Below, piece after piece: positions 1 through 15,290 of a stretch of DNA of 64,000 nucleotides (the first letter of the stretch is position 1; each line of letters begins with the position of its first letter). Origin of the DNA: Octopus vulgaris (lineage: Eukaryota); NCBI GenBank assembly GCA_951406725.2, contig OX597814.1:13144001-13208000 (forward strand). The letters are read 5' to 3'. Under the pieces are notes generated by a model. That model saw only the letters and a program-made list of their open reading frames with translations. It did not search any database and was not told where the DNA came from. The translations under genes and the position numbers were made by a program.

Positions 1-188
1 ACCTTTCTGAACACTATTAATTTTGCCATATATATATATATATATGAGAAGAAGAAACGAAACGAAACCAAGCGAATCGAATATATATATGTCTCTGTGT
101 TTATCGATCTATCTGTGTAGCCAGCTAGGCAGGTAGATAGACAGGTAGGGAAATATAAATATGCTGATTAATAGATAGATATATAGAT

Positions 189-796
<608 letters not shown>

Positions 797-1378
797 ATAG
801 TTATATGTAGAGGTAAGAAGAGTGAAAGACATAGGGATACATTGGTAACGAGAATAAAGACAAAGAATGGTGAGTTTTACATTATAGTAGATTCCTTAGT
901 TGATAATTCTACTGCGTAGTGGATGGAGGATGGAGGTTATTTTGATCTGTAGTCCCAAGTTTAAGTAAGAGAATATTTTCCTAGTGTTTAATCTGGCTAG
1001 ACTTTCACCGGCGGTGTAAAGAAAGGGGGTTAACTCTAACTCATCGTAAAAAGGGGAGCTAACTCTAACCCGATTACTCAGTCCGGGGTGAGTAAGGAAT
1101 TTATGTACCTTTTGTACTTAAAATTGTAGGAAGTTCGTAGTAATGGAGGAAGCCCCGTGTAGGTGTAAAATAATTTATTATGGGGTGTGTAAAGCGAGTG
1201 GGGGTTGAGAGGTGAATGTTTACGTGTAAGTAGTTAAAGTAGTTCCCGGCTAAATGGTATTTTTTAGTTGAAGATGCTAGCGTAGGATTTGTATAGGGTC
1301 AGGCCAGGTGTGTCTTTGGAATTAACCATCCCTTAGAGGTTTTAAAGACCTGTAACGTATACCTATATACATATACAT

Positions 1379-1452
<74 letters not shown>

Positions 1453-1566
1453 CTGTGTGTGTGTGTGTCTGTGTGTCTCTGTGTGTGTGTGTGTCTTTGT
1501 CTATCGATCTATCTGTGTAGCCAGCTAGGCAGGTAGATAGACAGGTAGAAAAATATAAATATGCTG

Positions 1567-1628
<62 letters not shown>

Positions 1629-2552
1629 AGATATTCGCTTAAACCTCAACTTATAATTACAATCGCTTTCAACAAGTGTAATTATAAATTCTGCTCTCCT
1701 ATATCATCTCATCACTGCATTACACATGCACCAATAATTATCTCTATATCTCTTTCTCTTTCTCTCTCTCTCTGTATATATAATTATCTATCTATATATG
1801 TATATATATGTGTGTATGCACGTATGTATGTATATATGTAAGTATGTGTCTGTATGTGTCTTTGTTAATGTGTGAACATGCTGCACGAGCAATATGCCCA
1901 TCAATTAGCTATTTAGCTCTGCATTTATACACACACACTCACACACACACACACACAAACGCACACACACACGTGTGTGTATGTGTGCGTATGTATTTAT
2001 ATCTCTTCGGTCTACATAAATAGATATGTGCAATTCTGGAACAGGAAATGTTATACCCCTTGTTGATTATAGTGTATGTGATATCTTTATGACTAATTGC
2101 CAATTTGGTTTGTTGCTTTTCGTTTTTTTTTTCGTAATTTAATGATAATATATCAATATTCGTAAATCTTACGCTGTCTGCTAGCTTACAGCTACCTATA
2201 TTTCTCTATACTAATCACTTCTCAATAAAGTTTAAATCATATTTATCTAGTTTTTGCTATTCCTAAAGAATTTGTATATCTTATCAGATTGTCTGTACGT
2301 AACTATCGTTGTTTCCAATTTGTATACGAATTTCATACCATCTGTTATTAATATTTATTTTTCCTTCACAAAAAAATATACTTGTGTCTATAGTTATTAT
2401 CATACGACTCAATTCATAATCACGTATCGTAAAATAATGATTTCTTTTTCCCCTCCTTCATTTGTTTCGTGTTTTATTTTTGCTCTGTAAATGGTTTCGC
2501 ATTTGTAAATTTTCCTCGCTTATTAATTTCTATCAATTATTTGTTTTCTCCA

Positions 2553-3720
2553 TACGTTTTGGGAGTATTAAAAATATTTATGAAACCTGATTATAACCAG
2601 CTGCAAGTCTAAAAATGAGGTGAGGCTGACTATGAAAGAATGATGCTAAAGCTGTGAAATTTTCAGGCTTTAATTTCACATCTTGTTCATAACGACATTA
2701 TTTATTTCCGGCTAAATTTATATCTGATTGCTCAAAGAAGACTTAAAAAATTAACTAGAAACGACTCCACTTGCTGAATGGGAAAAATGGTACCGAGATC
2801 TTATTAAATACCTACAGGGAAAGGGTTCAGCCTCAAAGGATATTAATACTGACATGTTTCAGACATCAGTACATTAGGGGATGGTTCTCTAGCTGTGTTA
2901 AAAATGATGCTGCATGTTGGATGGAAAAGGAATGTCATGAACGTCCAGCAACATTGATTCTGTTCACCACATGGTAATGAATGACAAGTGATTGAATACG
3001 GTCAATTCTATTAGCATATCCTGTGAAAGAGTTGAGAATATTCTGCACAAAGAACTTGGCATGATGAAGGTTTCTGCTCGGCAGGTGCCACATCTTCTGA
3101 CAGCTGATCAAAATCGCACTAAGCTGTTCACTTCACGGGAAAATCTGACATTGTTTGGAGCAGACCCAGCTGATTTCCTTGAACATTTCATAAACAAGGT
3201 TGAATGTTGGGTTAATTACTTTGAGCCAGAGACAAAGAGACAATCCATGCAATGAAAACCCCCTCCTCACCTAATCCTCACCTACTACAAATAAGGCCAA
3301 AGGAAGTCGATGAGCTCAGGTTTTTAAGATGCAAATAAAGAAAAGTAGTGTATCTATTAGGACACGCTATTAAAAGATTTCTAAAGGGTCGCACCAACAG
3401 CGGGGGGAACTGTGCCAAATAGCTATAGCAGTTTCGAATGGCTATCATGACCAAGCGGTAAGGAAACTTAATAACAGGAGTGTCGTTTCATCAGGAACAT
3501 TCTCTAGCACAAACGTTTTTAGTTTCAATGGTGTCCGTACAGGACTAGGTTTTGAACTGGTTGATCAAACTGCATGTCATCTTCATTTCGCCCCATCTGA
3601 CCACCATCTGTTCCTTGACATGAAAAGAATACTTGACTAGGGATCAGTATCGGAGTGACGATAACGACATATTAACTGTCAATATTTTTAACTTACAGGA
3701 TGAAATCTTCTTCACTATAT

Positions 3721-3794
<74 letters not shown>

Positions 3795-3860
3795 CATCTA
3801 CAGATGCAGATGAAAAATTGGAAAATGTATGACATACATAATAGATGTACGTTCTTAAAC
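2553..3860 (+). mobile_element. Degenerate mariner transposon (transposase pseudogene)
   Basis: ORF 2992-3255 ILHKELGMMKVSARQVPHLLT...ECWVNYFEPETKRQSMQ (WVPHEL-like motif); FAPSDHHLF (YSPDLAPSD-like) near 3590; many stops and frameshifts; ends approximate. Confidence 0.85.
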
Positions 3861-4069
3861 GATTTGAAGCTGCGGTACTTCGTCCAGGGTAGATCCCTTC
3901 AAAGCCATGAAAGCTAAGCTACGCGAGATGTTCCGGAAGTGGAAGAAAACAAAAACTGATGACAGTACCCGGTTATTTCCGCTCTTCAGTGGCCCACAGT
4001 CATCCTTATACGAAACTCGCTAATCGATTACCAAAAGCACTTCGACCACCTTACGGTCCAAAATGGTGT

Positions 4070-4187
4070 TAAGAATGAGTACTTGGCTTACAAAGAATAA
4101 GTCCCGGGGTCGATTTGCTCGACTAAAGGCGGTGCTCCATCATGGCCGCAGTCAAATGTCTGAAACAAGTAAAAAGAGTAAAAAAGA
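4070..4187 (+). mobile_element. SINE family 1, 3' tail fragment
   Basis: Near identical to 54105-54220 (TAAGTCCCGGGGTCGATTTGCTCGACTAAAGGCGGTGCTCCA). Confidence 0.85.
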
Positions 4188-4679
4188 TATATATATATAC
4201 ACGTATACACTTAAAGTGTGTGCATTAAAATCAGATAATGCGAATGCTTTCATATTTGTCCTACATTTTTACATATACAACGAGAATCAAATTGAATTTC
4301 ACCTTTCAATTGGAATTAGAGTCATTCTTGCATCGATAAATTTAGCATCTCATGAATATTGCTGTAATGCACACTGTGAGTGTTCTGTGCGTCAATCATT
4401 ATTTTTAACTTAACACTTCATTTATGAATTTGTTTCGTTTCCATTCTCATTCCATGACTAAATTTTAAAATACCAGTTAAATTGTAGCTTCTCCATATAT
4501 GTACGTACATATCCTTCTATTGCTTGATTTTTCTTTTTAGCTTATAATTTGTCTTTGTCGAATCTGTTTGTTGTTGCTATCTGTATCTTGTATGTATATA
4601 TATATATATATAAACTAATAAGGGTGAGAAAATTGGATACTAATTTAATAGTACCATCAATTTAACATTCTCTTATATT

Positions 4680-4716
<37 letters not shown>

Positions 4717-4934
4717 AATGTAGGATAAATTTTTTTCGAAAGGGAGGGTTCTTTTTGAACTAACCCTAAAATCGGTCCGATATGGTAATAATGGAATTTT
4801 TTAGAGATTTCTGTCGATCTTTTTTCGAGTAGCGTGCGTAAAGGGAGAAAAACATTATATGGTAAATGAACAATATGTCCAATTTTCGGCATTTTTGGCA
4901 TTAGAAATTTTTTCGTTTGCCCATATTTATAAGT

Positions 4935-4996
<62 letters not shown>

Positions 4997-5585
4997 TATT
5001 CATATATATATAAGTTCAGCAAAATTTAGATTCAGATGAATATGGTACTTAAGTTAAAGGCACCAGAATTTTGTATGGTATTATCCATATAAATCAAATG
5101 GGGTGATTGTAATAAAAATAAGCAACAAGGATATCCAAGGCAGTGTAGTACAATTGTTTCATACTACTTTCACGCTACTATATACATCTGTGAGCATATT
5201 TAATATATATAGATATGAATATACATAAGTTATATATGTGGACTTATATATGTGTATATTCATATTTACTTATATGTGAATATATTATATCCATACATAA
5301 CATGATGACGAAAATTACACCCTCTTATGTAAAAGTTCTGATAATAGATGCTTATTTGTTACTATAATTATCCCTTTTATATATATTAACTGTAGCATAT
5401 TTCACAGCAATATGTTTATAGTCCTACTCGTATTGACGTAGATTGAATATAGTGCTTTTTAATTGTAATAAAAAAAGTGTCGCAATCATTTCAGAAATGT
5501 GTTCTTTAAATCAAATTACCGAATATTACATTTTTTGTAAAGCGTAATATATTATAACTAAATGAATGGGAAATATTCCAGGAGT

Positions 5586-6030
5586 ATATTTAAGAGATGA
5601 GAAATTACGTACATTAATAACATTTGACGGATATTTGTCCTTATCTTGTTTCGGCTGATATACCCCCCAGCCTTCATTAGGTGTCTTGGGGAAATTTCAG
5701 GGATCTTGCGGAAAAATACCTTAGGTTCTCATTCCTAAGGTATTTTTCGATTGTTATTATTATTCAGGTCACTGCCTGCAATCGAACTCGGAATATTGGC
5801 GTTAGTAGCCCGCGCTCTTAACCACTACGCCCTATGCCCGTGGGCAATTATGGAGTGTATTTTATGGCTTATAAATCTAATATTTTCGTCTCCTTCTTAA
5901 TACCGGTTTCCATGTGCTACTCACATCTGCTTGGGTTATACGGATGTCCTGAATCCATATTTGGTGCGTGTTATCAATGAAAACAATTGACAATCAGCTA
6001 GCATTCCTGGTTGTATTAATAACACGCACC
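5586..6030 (-). mobile_element. Truncated, internally deleted PLE copy with tRNA-like segment and minimal HHR (family shared with 27119 and 52155)
   Basis: Minus strand: LITRTKYGFRTSV (PLE RT-like), DVSSTWKPVLR, tRNA-like 5765-5832, degenerate HHR 5645-5685; plus strand NQLAFLVVLITRT at ~5992-6030 inside a short inversion. Confidence 0.75.
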
Positions 6031-6375
6031 AACTGCTGTCGATATGCTCTTTTGTAACTCGACCACATTGCAGCTGAGACCATTCTATTTATATTGTTCA
6101 ATGCTCGTATAAGTTTGCTCTTCGTACTATGTTTAATGCGAAATTATTTTTTTAAAGAAACCATCCATCAAATGTATAAATTAGAGGGGTCAGTTGTGAA
6201 AATATTCACTATATGTTATTTTTAAATTTCTTTTTTCCACCTGTTTTTATTAATACTAAGTCTTCACTCTTGCAATATAAGATAATCCCGTCTCTTCAAA
6301 TGAAATTTCAATGAATTGACCAGATCAAATTGAAAATGAACCAACACTCTCCTACACTCTCTCGCTCATTAACTC

Positions 6376-6424
<49 letters not shown>

Positions 6425-8749
6425 TTTTCTATCTATGTGTCTGTCTCTCTGTCTGTTTGTCTGTCTGTCTCTTTGTTTGCCTGTATGTCTGTCTACCTAT
6501 CCATCAATTTATCTATCTAATCTCTCTCCCCGCATCTGCCTTTCCCTTTATAGATGTATGTATGTATGTACGTATGTATGTATCTATCTATCTATCTGTA
6601 TACATATCTATCTATGTATCTAACATTTTATTCAACGTTATTAGTTTTAAAATATTTAAATATTTTTTCTGTTGGTAACAATCAATTATAAAATTAAAAT
6701 AACATAAATTAGTTGTAACTGAATCGTTATGCTTTGCGTGGTGACTAAGAAATGCTATCTCTGAGAAAACCAAATTTATCCTTTTATTTTCATACCAAAA
6801 ATAGGGATATCTAATTCGATGCCATCTGTTTAAATAATGCAAGTCTTATGTTCAGACTACACAACACATCCTCTTGTAAACGCCAATTAATATATACTAT
6901 TTTCTCTCCATAACAGAATTAAATGTTTCAGGCTTTGACTAAATATCATATTTTAGTTATGAATGACGTAGATAATTGTCACTACTACATTCGAAGTTTG
7001 TTCATGAAAGCAAGTTCTAAAAATATAATTAATTTTTACATTAATAACTACGATTTTAGCATTGGCTTAAACCATAATTGAATCTTGAGCACAAACAGAA
7101 GTACCGAGGTAAGCTGTCAACGATTACATTACCAATGGATCTCAAATGTTTAACCTAACTTAAAGTTATGTTTGATATTCTATAATTAAATATTTCTTAT
7201 TTTACTTAACATATTATATTAATGAAATTGTAAATGAATTACTAAGATTTAAACTCTGAAGTTTATTAAAAGAGATATTTTGACAGCTCTTCTTCGTTTA
7301 ATATACATGTGAATATTGTGTAGCGTAATTAAGCAGCAGATTCAAATATCATATGTCTCATTGACTTAACAGATTTTCAATATCGACTCAATATTATTTC
7401 ATTTTTGTTCGGTGTCAGAATCAATATCGTTACAGGTTTTGTTTCATCGACAAAGACACTTTTTTCTATATATCACCAACATATTTGGCCTGGTGTATAT
7501 CAATTTTCATAACTACGAGCAGGACGACTCTCTTCATTACTACGTACCCTTCTGATCCCAAGTTTATCTTATTTACAGTAGGCGTATCAGGAAAATCAAC
7601 ATGGAATTCTTGCAAGGAGAGTTAGGAAGCCTTTTTCAATACAGTTGTGTAAATTGTTTCCATTAACAGCAAAACGACAACAGTCACTTCTCATAAAATG
7701 AAATATAAGCAGATCACAACTCGCTACCATGTTATTATATTAAGCGTTCGCCACATATTCAAAATCAGTATTTAATACTTACTATCTATTTGTAACTCTC
7801 CTAACTATCACATATGATCATCAGAGAAAATATTTCATAACAATAACTAGCTTTGTTGTAAGGACCTCAAAAGAGCTATTCGGCAGAAGTTTTTCAGAGA
7901 AGAAACCCACTTCAGGCAAGTGTGTCGGCTCTTAATATCTTACACCCTTAGGAGACCATTTTCTATCTCCTGGGCGCCCTTCTGAATTTAATTCATTACT
8001 ACATAATTATGAACCATATACAATATCAGGTGAGAAAATAAGAACAGCTTGTATATCAGCGACTTGCTGCCTGCTGGTACAGAGAGAGAGAGAGAGAGAA
8101 AGAGGGGAGATTGAGAGGGAAAGAGTGAGAATGAGACATTAGAAGAATGACACACGACTTATAGTTTTGAACCTGGGAGTTGCTGACTCATGCTCATTCC
8201 AAAAAAAATTATCAGTGCTACACAAGCGTGTCCTCGATGCTATCAGTTATTATGACAGTCTCATTTCAGCACTGGCCACTCATCTGTCAGCCCTATCTCG
8301 ATATCTAGGTTGTGTTCACCAGGTTCTTCACTAATTATTCCTTTCATCCGTTCTTCTCCAGAACATCTGCTTTTTGCAATTCTTTCACAGCACAGGCATG
8401 TGTTTGCAAGACTTCACAACAATCTCATCAGATTTGAAGAGATTAAATATAGTGCGATCTCTGCCATTTTTATGTAGAATACACCAATAAAAACATTAGC
8501 TTGCAATACCATTTTAAAGGGCTCTGTTCATTTTGAATTTTTCTCTATTGGTAATTGAGATTAATTTGAAACTAATAGTTTCACATACACATTTATGAGA
8601 AGAATATCATAACTGCTATGTTCAAATGCAAGTGGCTCTCCATTTGATGGTATTTGCACTTGTATCATCGTGGACTGAAAATCAGTTAACCACTTTTCAT
8701 CGAGAAGGGAAATGATTATAAAATCGAGGCAAATTCAGTATTGTATTCA

Positions 8750-9420
8750 AAGCTTGGGAGATATCCTGGAATTAAGAACTACTCTCAATATATTCCAGTA
8801 ATATATGTATATAACGCAATCCTTGAGAAGAATATTCAAAAAATGATTTAAAGTGTCGATGAGTATATATGCTGCCAAAACCAATCTTCTCCTTGTAGTA
8901 CTCAAACTAACCACTTCAGTCTTCCTCCCCTCTGCTTGAACAGACTGACAGTCGCTCAAGCAATGTGTTAACTTTCCAGTTAATCCAGCCAACGTTTGAG
9001 AAGATGGAAACTAGACGGTGGAAAGGTGATAGAAAGAGAGCATTGTTTGTAGATAGATAATTTCGTTCAAAATTAGGGTTGACATATTTTTGGTCAACAC
9101 AATGAAATTAGCATCGAAGTCTCACTACTCACACTCAACCGTCTTAAAGCAGATGATCTGAGCCATGCAGATCCGGATGCGGAAACGAAACCGTTGTTTT
9201 GTTCGAGTACGAGTAATTTTTAAGACTTGCTACAATGAAATTGTGAGACATCGGCAGATATTAGCTATGTAGGCGATCTACATGCTGTGTGCAGTAGTCG
9301 TATACCTTTCACATCTCTAACATTTCTTCAACAAGCTTAAACTGGTAAGAAGCCACAGGAAAATGTAGAACTATATTTACGGGTTAGATACAATGCCCAT
9401 GCCATAGATCTTCAGACTTT
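8750..9420 (-). mobile_element. Highly degenerate pogo/Tigger-like transposase fossil
   Basis: Minus-strand fragments LPMSHNFIVASLKNY and LRRLSVSSET (CENP-B HTH-like), SNVGWI and YKEK..ILID (DDE-like); recognised by eye. Confidence 0.45.
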
Positions 9421-9439
9421 TTAAGATGAGGCATTTATT

Positions 9440-10020
9440 TATTTCAAACAAGTACAAAACTCTAATCTTCTTTAATTTAGGAGCTTCTGGTTTTAATGAA
9501 ATTGTTACAGCCCTCCAGCCATTTCACGAAAGCCCCAAAGAAGTCCTCCAAATTGAAGGCGTAAAGAACACTGGTACAGCCTCATTTACCGTCAAAACGG
9601 TCGCCCTTGAAGTTCTCCTCCAGCATGGAGAGTAACAAAATATTACAGGGGGCAAGATCTCATGATATTGATGGTCATCTCTCTTCAACGAGCAATCTGT
9701 GGACAAAACTGGCTTTATAGACAGAAAACGGGCCTCGTCCAGAATACTGCAAATTTTGTCAATGAACTCGTATTCTCTTACTCCCCTCTCACACTGCTCT
9801 TCATCTCACACCTCTCTAAAGTTTTGGAACCGCTTCTTCTTGTAAAAAAGTCAATTCATATGCAATCAGGAAAATTTATGTAGCGGTATTTTGTGCAGTT
9901 CAACACAAAGCTCTGTTGCACATCTATCTTTGAAACCTTCGGATTGCATCCTGCAAACTGGTCAGCTGTGACAAACAGTGTTTAGTAAAGTGAATTCAAA
10001 GTGCTGTTACAGCTGTCTCT
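9440..10020 (-). mobile_element. Degenerate mariner transposase C-terminal remnant
   Basis: Minus strand DLAPCNILLLSMLEENFKGDRF..TSVLYAFNLEDFFGAFVKWLEGCNNFIK, matching the mariner C-terminus. Confidence 0.7.
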
Positions 10021-10494
10021 AGAATAACAATCTAGAATAACAAAAGTTGGCTGTCGACGTAGAAGGTGTATATTAAAGATATGTTGAAATTACAATAATC
10101 TGGGTTAGTTATCATTGCTTCTCTTTAAAACTGAATTTCCTCTATTTCTGTCAAGTTCAATTTTATATATATGTGCGCATGGTGATTACGGCTGAAATAT
10201 TACAATTCAATCCCTGAGTGCAATGTGAGTGCATCGTATAGCTTTCCTCACTGCAACTTGTACTCATTTTCAACTGAGTGAATTGGGGCAAACCTAAAAA
10301 AGGGATCTTACTAAAATCTACAAATTCCTCATTGGTTTGAAACCAATTGATGAATTTACTCTCTAATCACTAATCAATGTGCTATCGTTCCCCCTCTATC
10401 TCTCTCACACACAAACACATACAGGGGTGTCTGTATGTGCGTCAATATGTGTGTATGTGTGCGAATATGAGTATATGTGCATCTGTGTGTGTTT

Positions 10495-10830
10495 GTGGGT
10501 AGACTTGTGGTTAAGCTGTTGCACTCACGATCACTAGATCGTAGGTTCGATTTTTCAGACCGAGTGGTGCGTTGTTACATGAACTAAGGATTGCATTTCA
10601 CTTTACTGTGCTGCATCTCCCAGTCACGGGTTGGGGAATGTTCACCTGCCTATCTATCCAGTGAGGTCATGTTATTAGCAAGCAACAGCGATGCAAAAGT
10701 GGTTTGTGTGTTGGGCTCATAATCGAGAGATGCTGGTTTCTACATTCGGTTGGCGAAACACTTCTTGAGCAAAACACTTCATTTCATGTTTATTCAATCC
10801 ACTCGGCTGGTAAAAATTAATATATATAGC
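10495..10830 (+). mobile_element. Degenerate tRNA-derived CORE-like SINE fragments
   Basis: GTGGTTAAG..GGTTCGATT head; TTGAGCAAAACACTTCATTTCA..CCACTCGGCTGGTAAAAAT similar to 58720-58790. Confidence 0.55.
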
Positions 10831-11317
10831 GCCGTAAGTACAGCTTTGTTCTTACACTATAGTAGATATATATCTAAATTCTATACGACTCTTACTCTAT
10901 CTTTTAATCCCTCTCCCATTTTTATTCCTTTTTCTCGCTCCCCCTCTCTAATATTTCTTGGCCATCTCTTCCTTCAACTGTTTCGCGCTCGTTTATCACC
11001 CTGTACCTTTCTTTTGTCTCTGATTTTTTTCTAATCCTTCAATCCCACTGCCCCATATTCATCTATCCTCCTTCCAAGTGACGCATATACTCTTACCCAT
11101 ATAGCAACATCAAATTACGACACCACCTGACCTTCCTCGATCAATCACAGTCCACCTTACGGCAAAAACAATCAACTTCTGTGATTCAAATTCAAAATAG
11201 CTGCCGTCTAGTATCACGCTTCAAGCTCAAGAGTGCCAACGAATTTGAATGAAACTGTTTTGTTGTATGCTCACATACACAAGCACATGTATATGTGTAT
11301 ATATATAATATATATAT

Positions 11318-11523
11318 AAAGTTAATCCAAACAAGAAAGCCCAAAAAGCACAACAACGCGAGGACGTGGAACAAATATAGTATTATTGGACGCTCAGGAA
11401 AGAAAGAAAATAAGGAGGGTTTAACGTTTCGAGCGGAGCTCTTCGTCGGAAACATAGGAGAAGGAAAGATCCAGAGAAGGGAAGACAGAGGAAAAAAATC
11501 GCCAGCGATACACTCGAGGTCAC

Positions 11524-11525
<2 letters not shown>
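11318..11525 (-). mobile_element. Short (TA)n-embedded PLE-type terminal repeat with minimal HHR
   Basis: Minus strand GTTT-CCGACGA-A-GAGC tcc GCTC-GAAA-CG-TT-AAAC at ~11419-11452; homologous to 36620-36780. Confidence 0.7.
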
Positions 11526-11557
<32 letters not shown>

Positions 11558-12122
11558 TAATAAATAAAATATATGCATACATACAAACATATATGTACGT
11601 ACCTACATCTACATGTATATATACATGCATATATAAATATATATACACGTGAGTACAGGACACCACAACTAGACGTAGAACTCAACGAGAAAGGAAAACG
11701 GAAAAAAACATTTTTTTACAACAGAAAAAACAGAGTACAGGACATACTACACAAGGAAAAATCCCCTTCATCAGCTGTCACTAGTTCGGCCCCAGCGTGT
11801 TTCGAAGGCAAGACAGGACACGACTCGCCAAACTAGTCCTTCCTGCGAGAGAATTAAAATAAAATTGCCTTTCAGAGGGGTAAAAAAAAAAGCAAGTAAA
11901 AATGTAACACAAACAGGACGTAAAAACGATAGTTCAATATTAGGAACAACAATAGACAGAGACACGTGAGCGAACAACACTGTATTTGTTTGATGCTCAG
12001 AAAAAATGACTTTGAACATTTTGATCATAGGTTCTATTACAAGAATGGATAAGGAGAGATTAAAAACGTTTGTTGATTAGCGGCTACATGCATTTAATTT
12101 CTAATATTATATTAAAAAATTA

Positions 12123-12330
12123 AGGCGGTGAGATGGTAGAATTGTTAACATACCGGGCAAGATATCTACCAGCGTTTCTTCCGTCATAACTCTCTGCAAA
12201 TTTCCTCTAGGTAGACTTCCATCCTTCCGACGTCGATAAAACAAGTATCAGTAAGTAATTGGGGTCGATGTAAAAAAAATAATCCCTCCCCTAAATTGCT
12301 GGCCTTGTGTCAGAATATGAAATATTATGC
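12123..12330 (+). mobile_element. Degenerate SINE family 2 (Meta-domain-like)
   Basis: Diverged copy of 45995-46225. Confidence 0.65.
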
Positions 12331-12994
12331 TAGAAATTTATACTGTAAATCGGCACATGAGATGTAATTGAAGACTATTTTATGTTAAAATCACTATTGT
12401 GCTTCATATCATGGGGGAAATATAATACTAGAGGGAAAACTGATTAAACGGGAATCATTCTGGGCTACACTGGGAAATCTTTTTCCACTTTCTATTGATA
12501 AGTTTGCAAATATATCGTGGAACTAGCATCATATTTACCGATTTCAAAAAACGCATACAAATCTTATTGCTTTTTGATTTGCCCTCACTTAATTTGAGTA
12601 TATTTTATGGTCACTTAAGTCAAAAGAAATCTATAGAATTGTAGTAACTATTATTGGATAGAGTTTCCATTGAGTATGTGTAAATGGATGATAATGTTTC
12701 TAAAGCAATAGAAAAAAATGCATAGTTTTCATGAAATCGACATTTCCTTCGCATGCTACTACATACGATTTATTCTATGTTACACGCTTATAAAACAAAA
12801 GGTGTTGTGTCAAACCATATGGAATGGAGAAGTTTGTTATTTTGTTTTTCAGTTTTAGAAACTATATATACGTGCTTAGATTAAAAATGTAAATTATCCC
12901 GTCTATATATTAAACATTTTAACAGTTTGAGTAATAATAACTATTCAACAATTCTGTTAATGTTAAATTCACATCTAAGCAATTTATAGACATT

Positions 12995-14451
12995 TACAAA
13001 CCTTCTTGGCGACGGGTGTTATACCTGCAGACTGGAGAACAGCGATAATCTGCCCAATTTTCAAGAAAGGGAGCCGCGAAGACCCGCTTAACTACCGACC
13101 GGTTTCCCTTACATCAATAATCAGCAAGATGTTCGAAACCATCCTTAAGAAAAGTATGATGCTCCACCTCCTAAACACAGCCTCGATCACTGATTCCCAA
13201 CACGGCTTCGTGCCGAAGAGATCATGCTTGACCAACTTACTAGTAATGGAAGAATTGGTGACGCGCATCCTCGATGATAGTGATGCTGTTGACATCGTTT
13301 TATTGGACTTTGCCAAAGCTGTTGACTCGGTAAACCACCGCCTACTACTTGTCAAGCTTCAAGCATATAGTTTCCATCCGGATATTGTACGATGGGTTGG
13401 TGCCTTCCTCTCAGATCGCTCCTTCCAAGTTCAAGTTAATGGTTCGCGGTCCGACGTCTCCAGTGCGAGCAGTGGCGTGCCTCAAGGTTCAGTGCTTGGG
13501 CCCTTGTTGTTCTTAGTCTTCATAAATGACTTGCCCGACGACCTCACGCAACACACCCTTCTATTTGCCGACGATATCAAACTGGTCGCTCCTCGCGGTA
13601 GTATAGAGGATCTTCGTCGATGCCTCCACCAAATTTGGAAGTGGTCTAACGATTGGGACCTGTGTCTGAACGTGTCAAAGTGCTGTCATCTGCCTGTCGG
13701 CTCTACTCCTGCAACTCAACTTGATTTCGAGCCGGGTCGTCTGCTGCTGGAGAGGACCGATCAGGTAAAGGACCTGGGTATCTTGGTGGATTCCTCCTTT
13801 TCGCCTTCGGCCCAGTGCGTCCATGCTGCCAACAAAGCGCGCGGAATTCTGTTTTGATTCGACGGTCATTCGGAATGCTCACAGCAGCCATATTCCTGCC
13901 ACTCTATGTCACGCTGGTGAGACCCATATTGGAGTATGGGATTCAAGCCTCTTCTCCTTATCTCCTCAAAGACATACAGCACCTCGAAAGAGTCCAGAGG
14001 CTGGCTACCCGCATGGTTCATGGTCTCAAAAATTTGTCCTACGAAGAAAGGCTGAGGACGCTCGACCTTTATTCTCTTGAAAAACGCCGCCGCCGTGGTG
14101 ATCTCATTCTCGCCCACAACATCATAAGCGGGAAGTGTAACCTCTCGAAAGAGCTGTTCTTCACTCCTGCTCCGGAGCGTCGGCTGCGGGGTCATTCCGA
14201 AAAGCTCTACCTGCGACGATTTCATCTCAATCGAAGGAGAGGAGCTTTCTCCGTCCGGGTTGCGGATCCGTGGAACAAGCTGCCAGACGAGATGGTGAAG
14301 ATGCCGACGACCGCTTTGTTCAAAGCCTCCCTGGACCTCAAGTGGCCTGAACTGTTTACATGAACACCACCCTGTACTTAACTCCATGTCCCCCTACATG
14401 GCCTTGCTATTTGTTTTTGAGCCAAATTAACTAACTAACTAACTAACTAAC
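12995..14451 (+). mobile_element. 5'-truncated young CR1-clade LINE (ORF2 reverse transcriptase, one frameshift near 13850) with (TAAC)n tail
   Basis: PIFKKG, NYRPVSLTS, QHGF, DFAKAVDSV, GVPQGSVLGPLLF, LFADD motifs; C-terminal LERVQRLATR..LEKRRRRGDLI..WNKLP; tandem AACT tail 14428-14451. Confidence 0.95.
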
Positions 14452-14999
14452 TTCTCGGTTTTATAATTCTGTAGACAGGAAATCGATGACGGTTGTGGAA
14501 TGTAATAGAAATAGCAGTTACAGTTGTTTTGTTAACTGAAAGAAACATTTAGCCCGGAAAATTATAGATATGGCAAATATTGTTATAGATTACATATATT
14601 ATATTTAGGTTCACTAAAAGTTCTGCGTTTCTGCAAATGTAACATATTTTGTCTGAAATGAATCAAAGTGTATTGAATAATAGTAATTAAATCCCATTCA
14701 TTGGAATTAATACATAAACATTTTATGCATTATGTTTGATCTTCATTTCTTAAGTCTGTTGTGTTACATATTTATAATAATAGCAATAATTAAATTACAA
14801 TTGTTAGAATTGTAAAAGGTTGATTGTGACGGGCGGCCTCGAGTATATGTAACGATATTTTCTAAACAGATATATAGTTTACCTGCAAATATTTAGTTTA
14901 CCTGAAATAAATATATATAGTTTACCTGAAATAAAACAGTGATGAAGTAAGAGAAAATACATCGAAATGCGGATAGTTGCTATGTTACGGGAACGTAAA

Positions 15000-15067
15000 C
15001 ACTTCAGCATCAGTTGTCAAGTGGTGGTTGGGGGAAAAACACTTACATCACATACACACATGCGCAA

Positions 15068-15117
<50 letters not shown>

Positions 15118-15290
15118 ACACGCACGCACTTATACAACGAACTTTCAGTTTTCGTCTACCAAATCCACTCACAAGACTTGCCTGGTGCGAGGCTATAGTA
15201 GAAGACGCCTAAATTTCCACGCAATAGATATGAATCCAAAACTATGTGGTTTTGAATCAAACTCTTCCATGAAGCCATACCAATGCTTAA
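15000..15290 (-). mobile_element. Degenerate SINE family 1 copy
   Basis: TTTCAGTTTTCGTCTACCAAATCCACTCACAAG is the reverse complement of the family 1 body (53935-53968). Confidence 0.7.

Noticed and set aside
3950-4030. CTGATGA..GAAA and an ETS-like CCGGAAGTG nearby
   Set aside because: Stems do not form around the core; single motifs are expected by chance
11760-11850. Possible type II hammerhead (GAAA before CTGATGA, minus strand)
   Set aside because: No NUH triplet and no stem I
13866-14387. 173-aa antisense ORF in the LINE
   Set aside because: Shadow frame of the GC-rich RT coding strand
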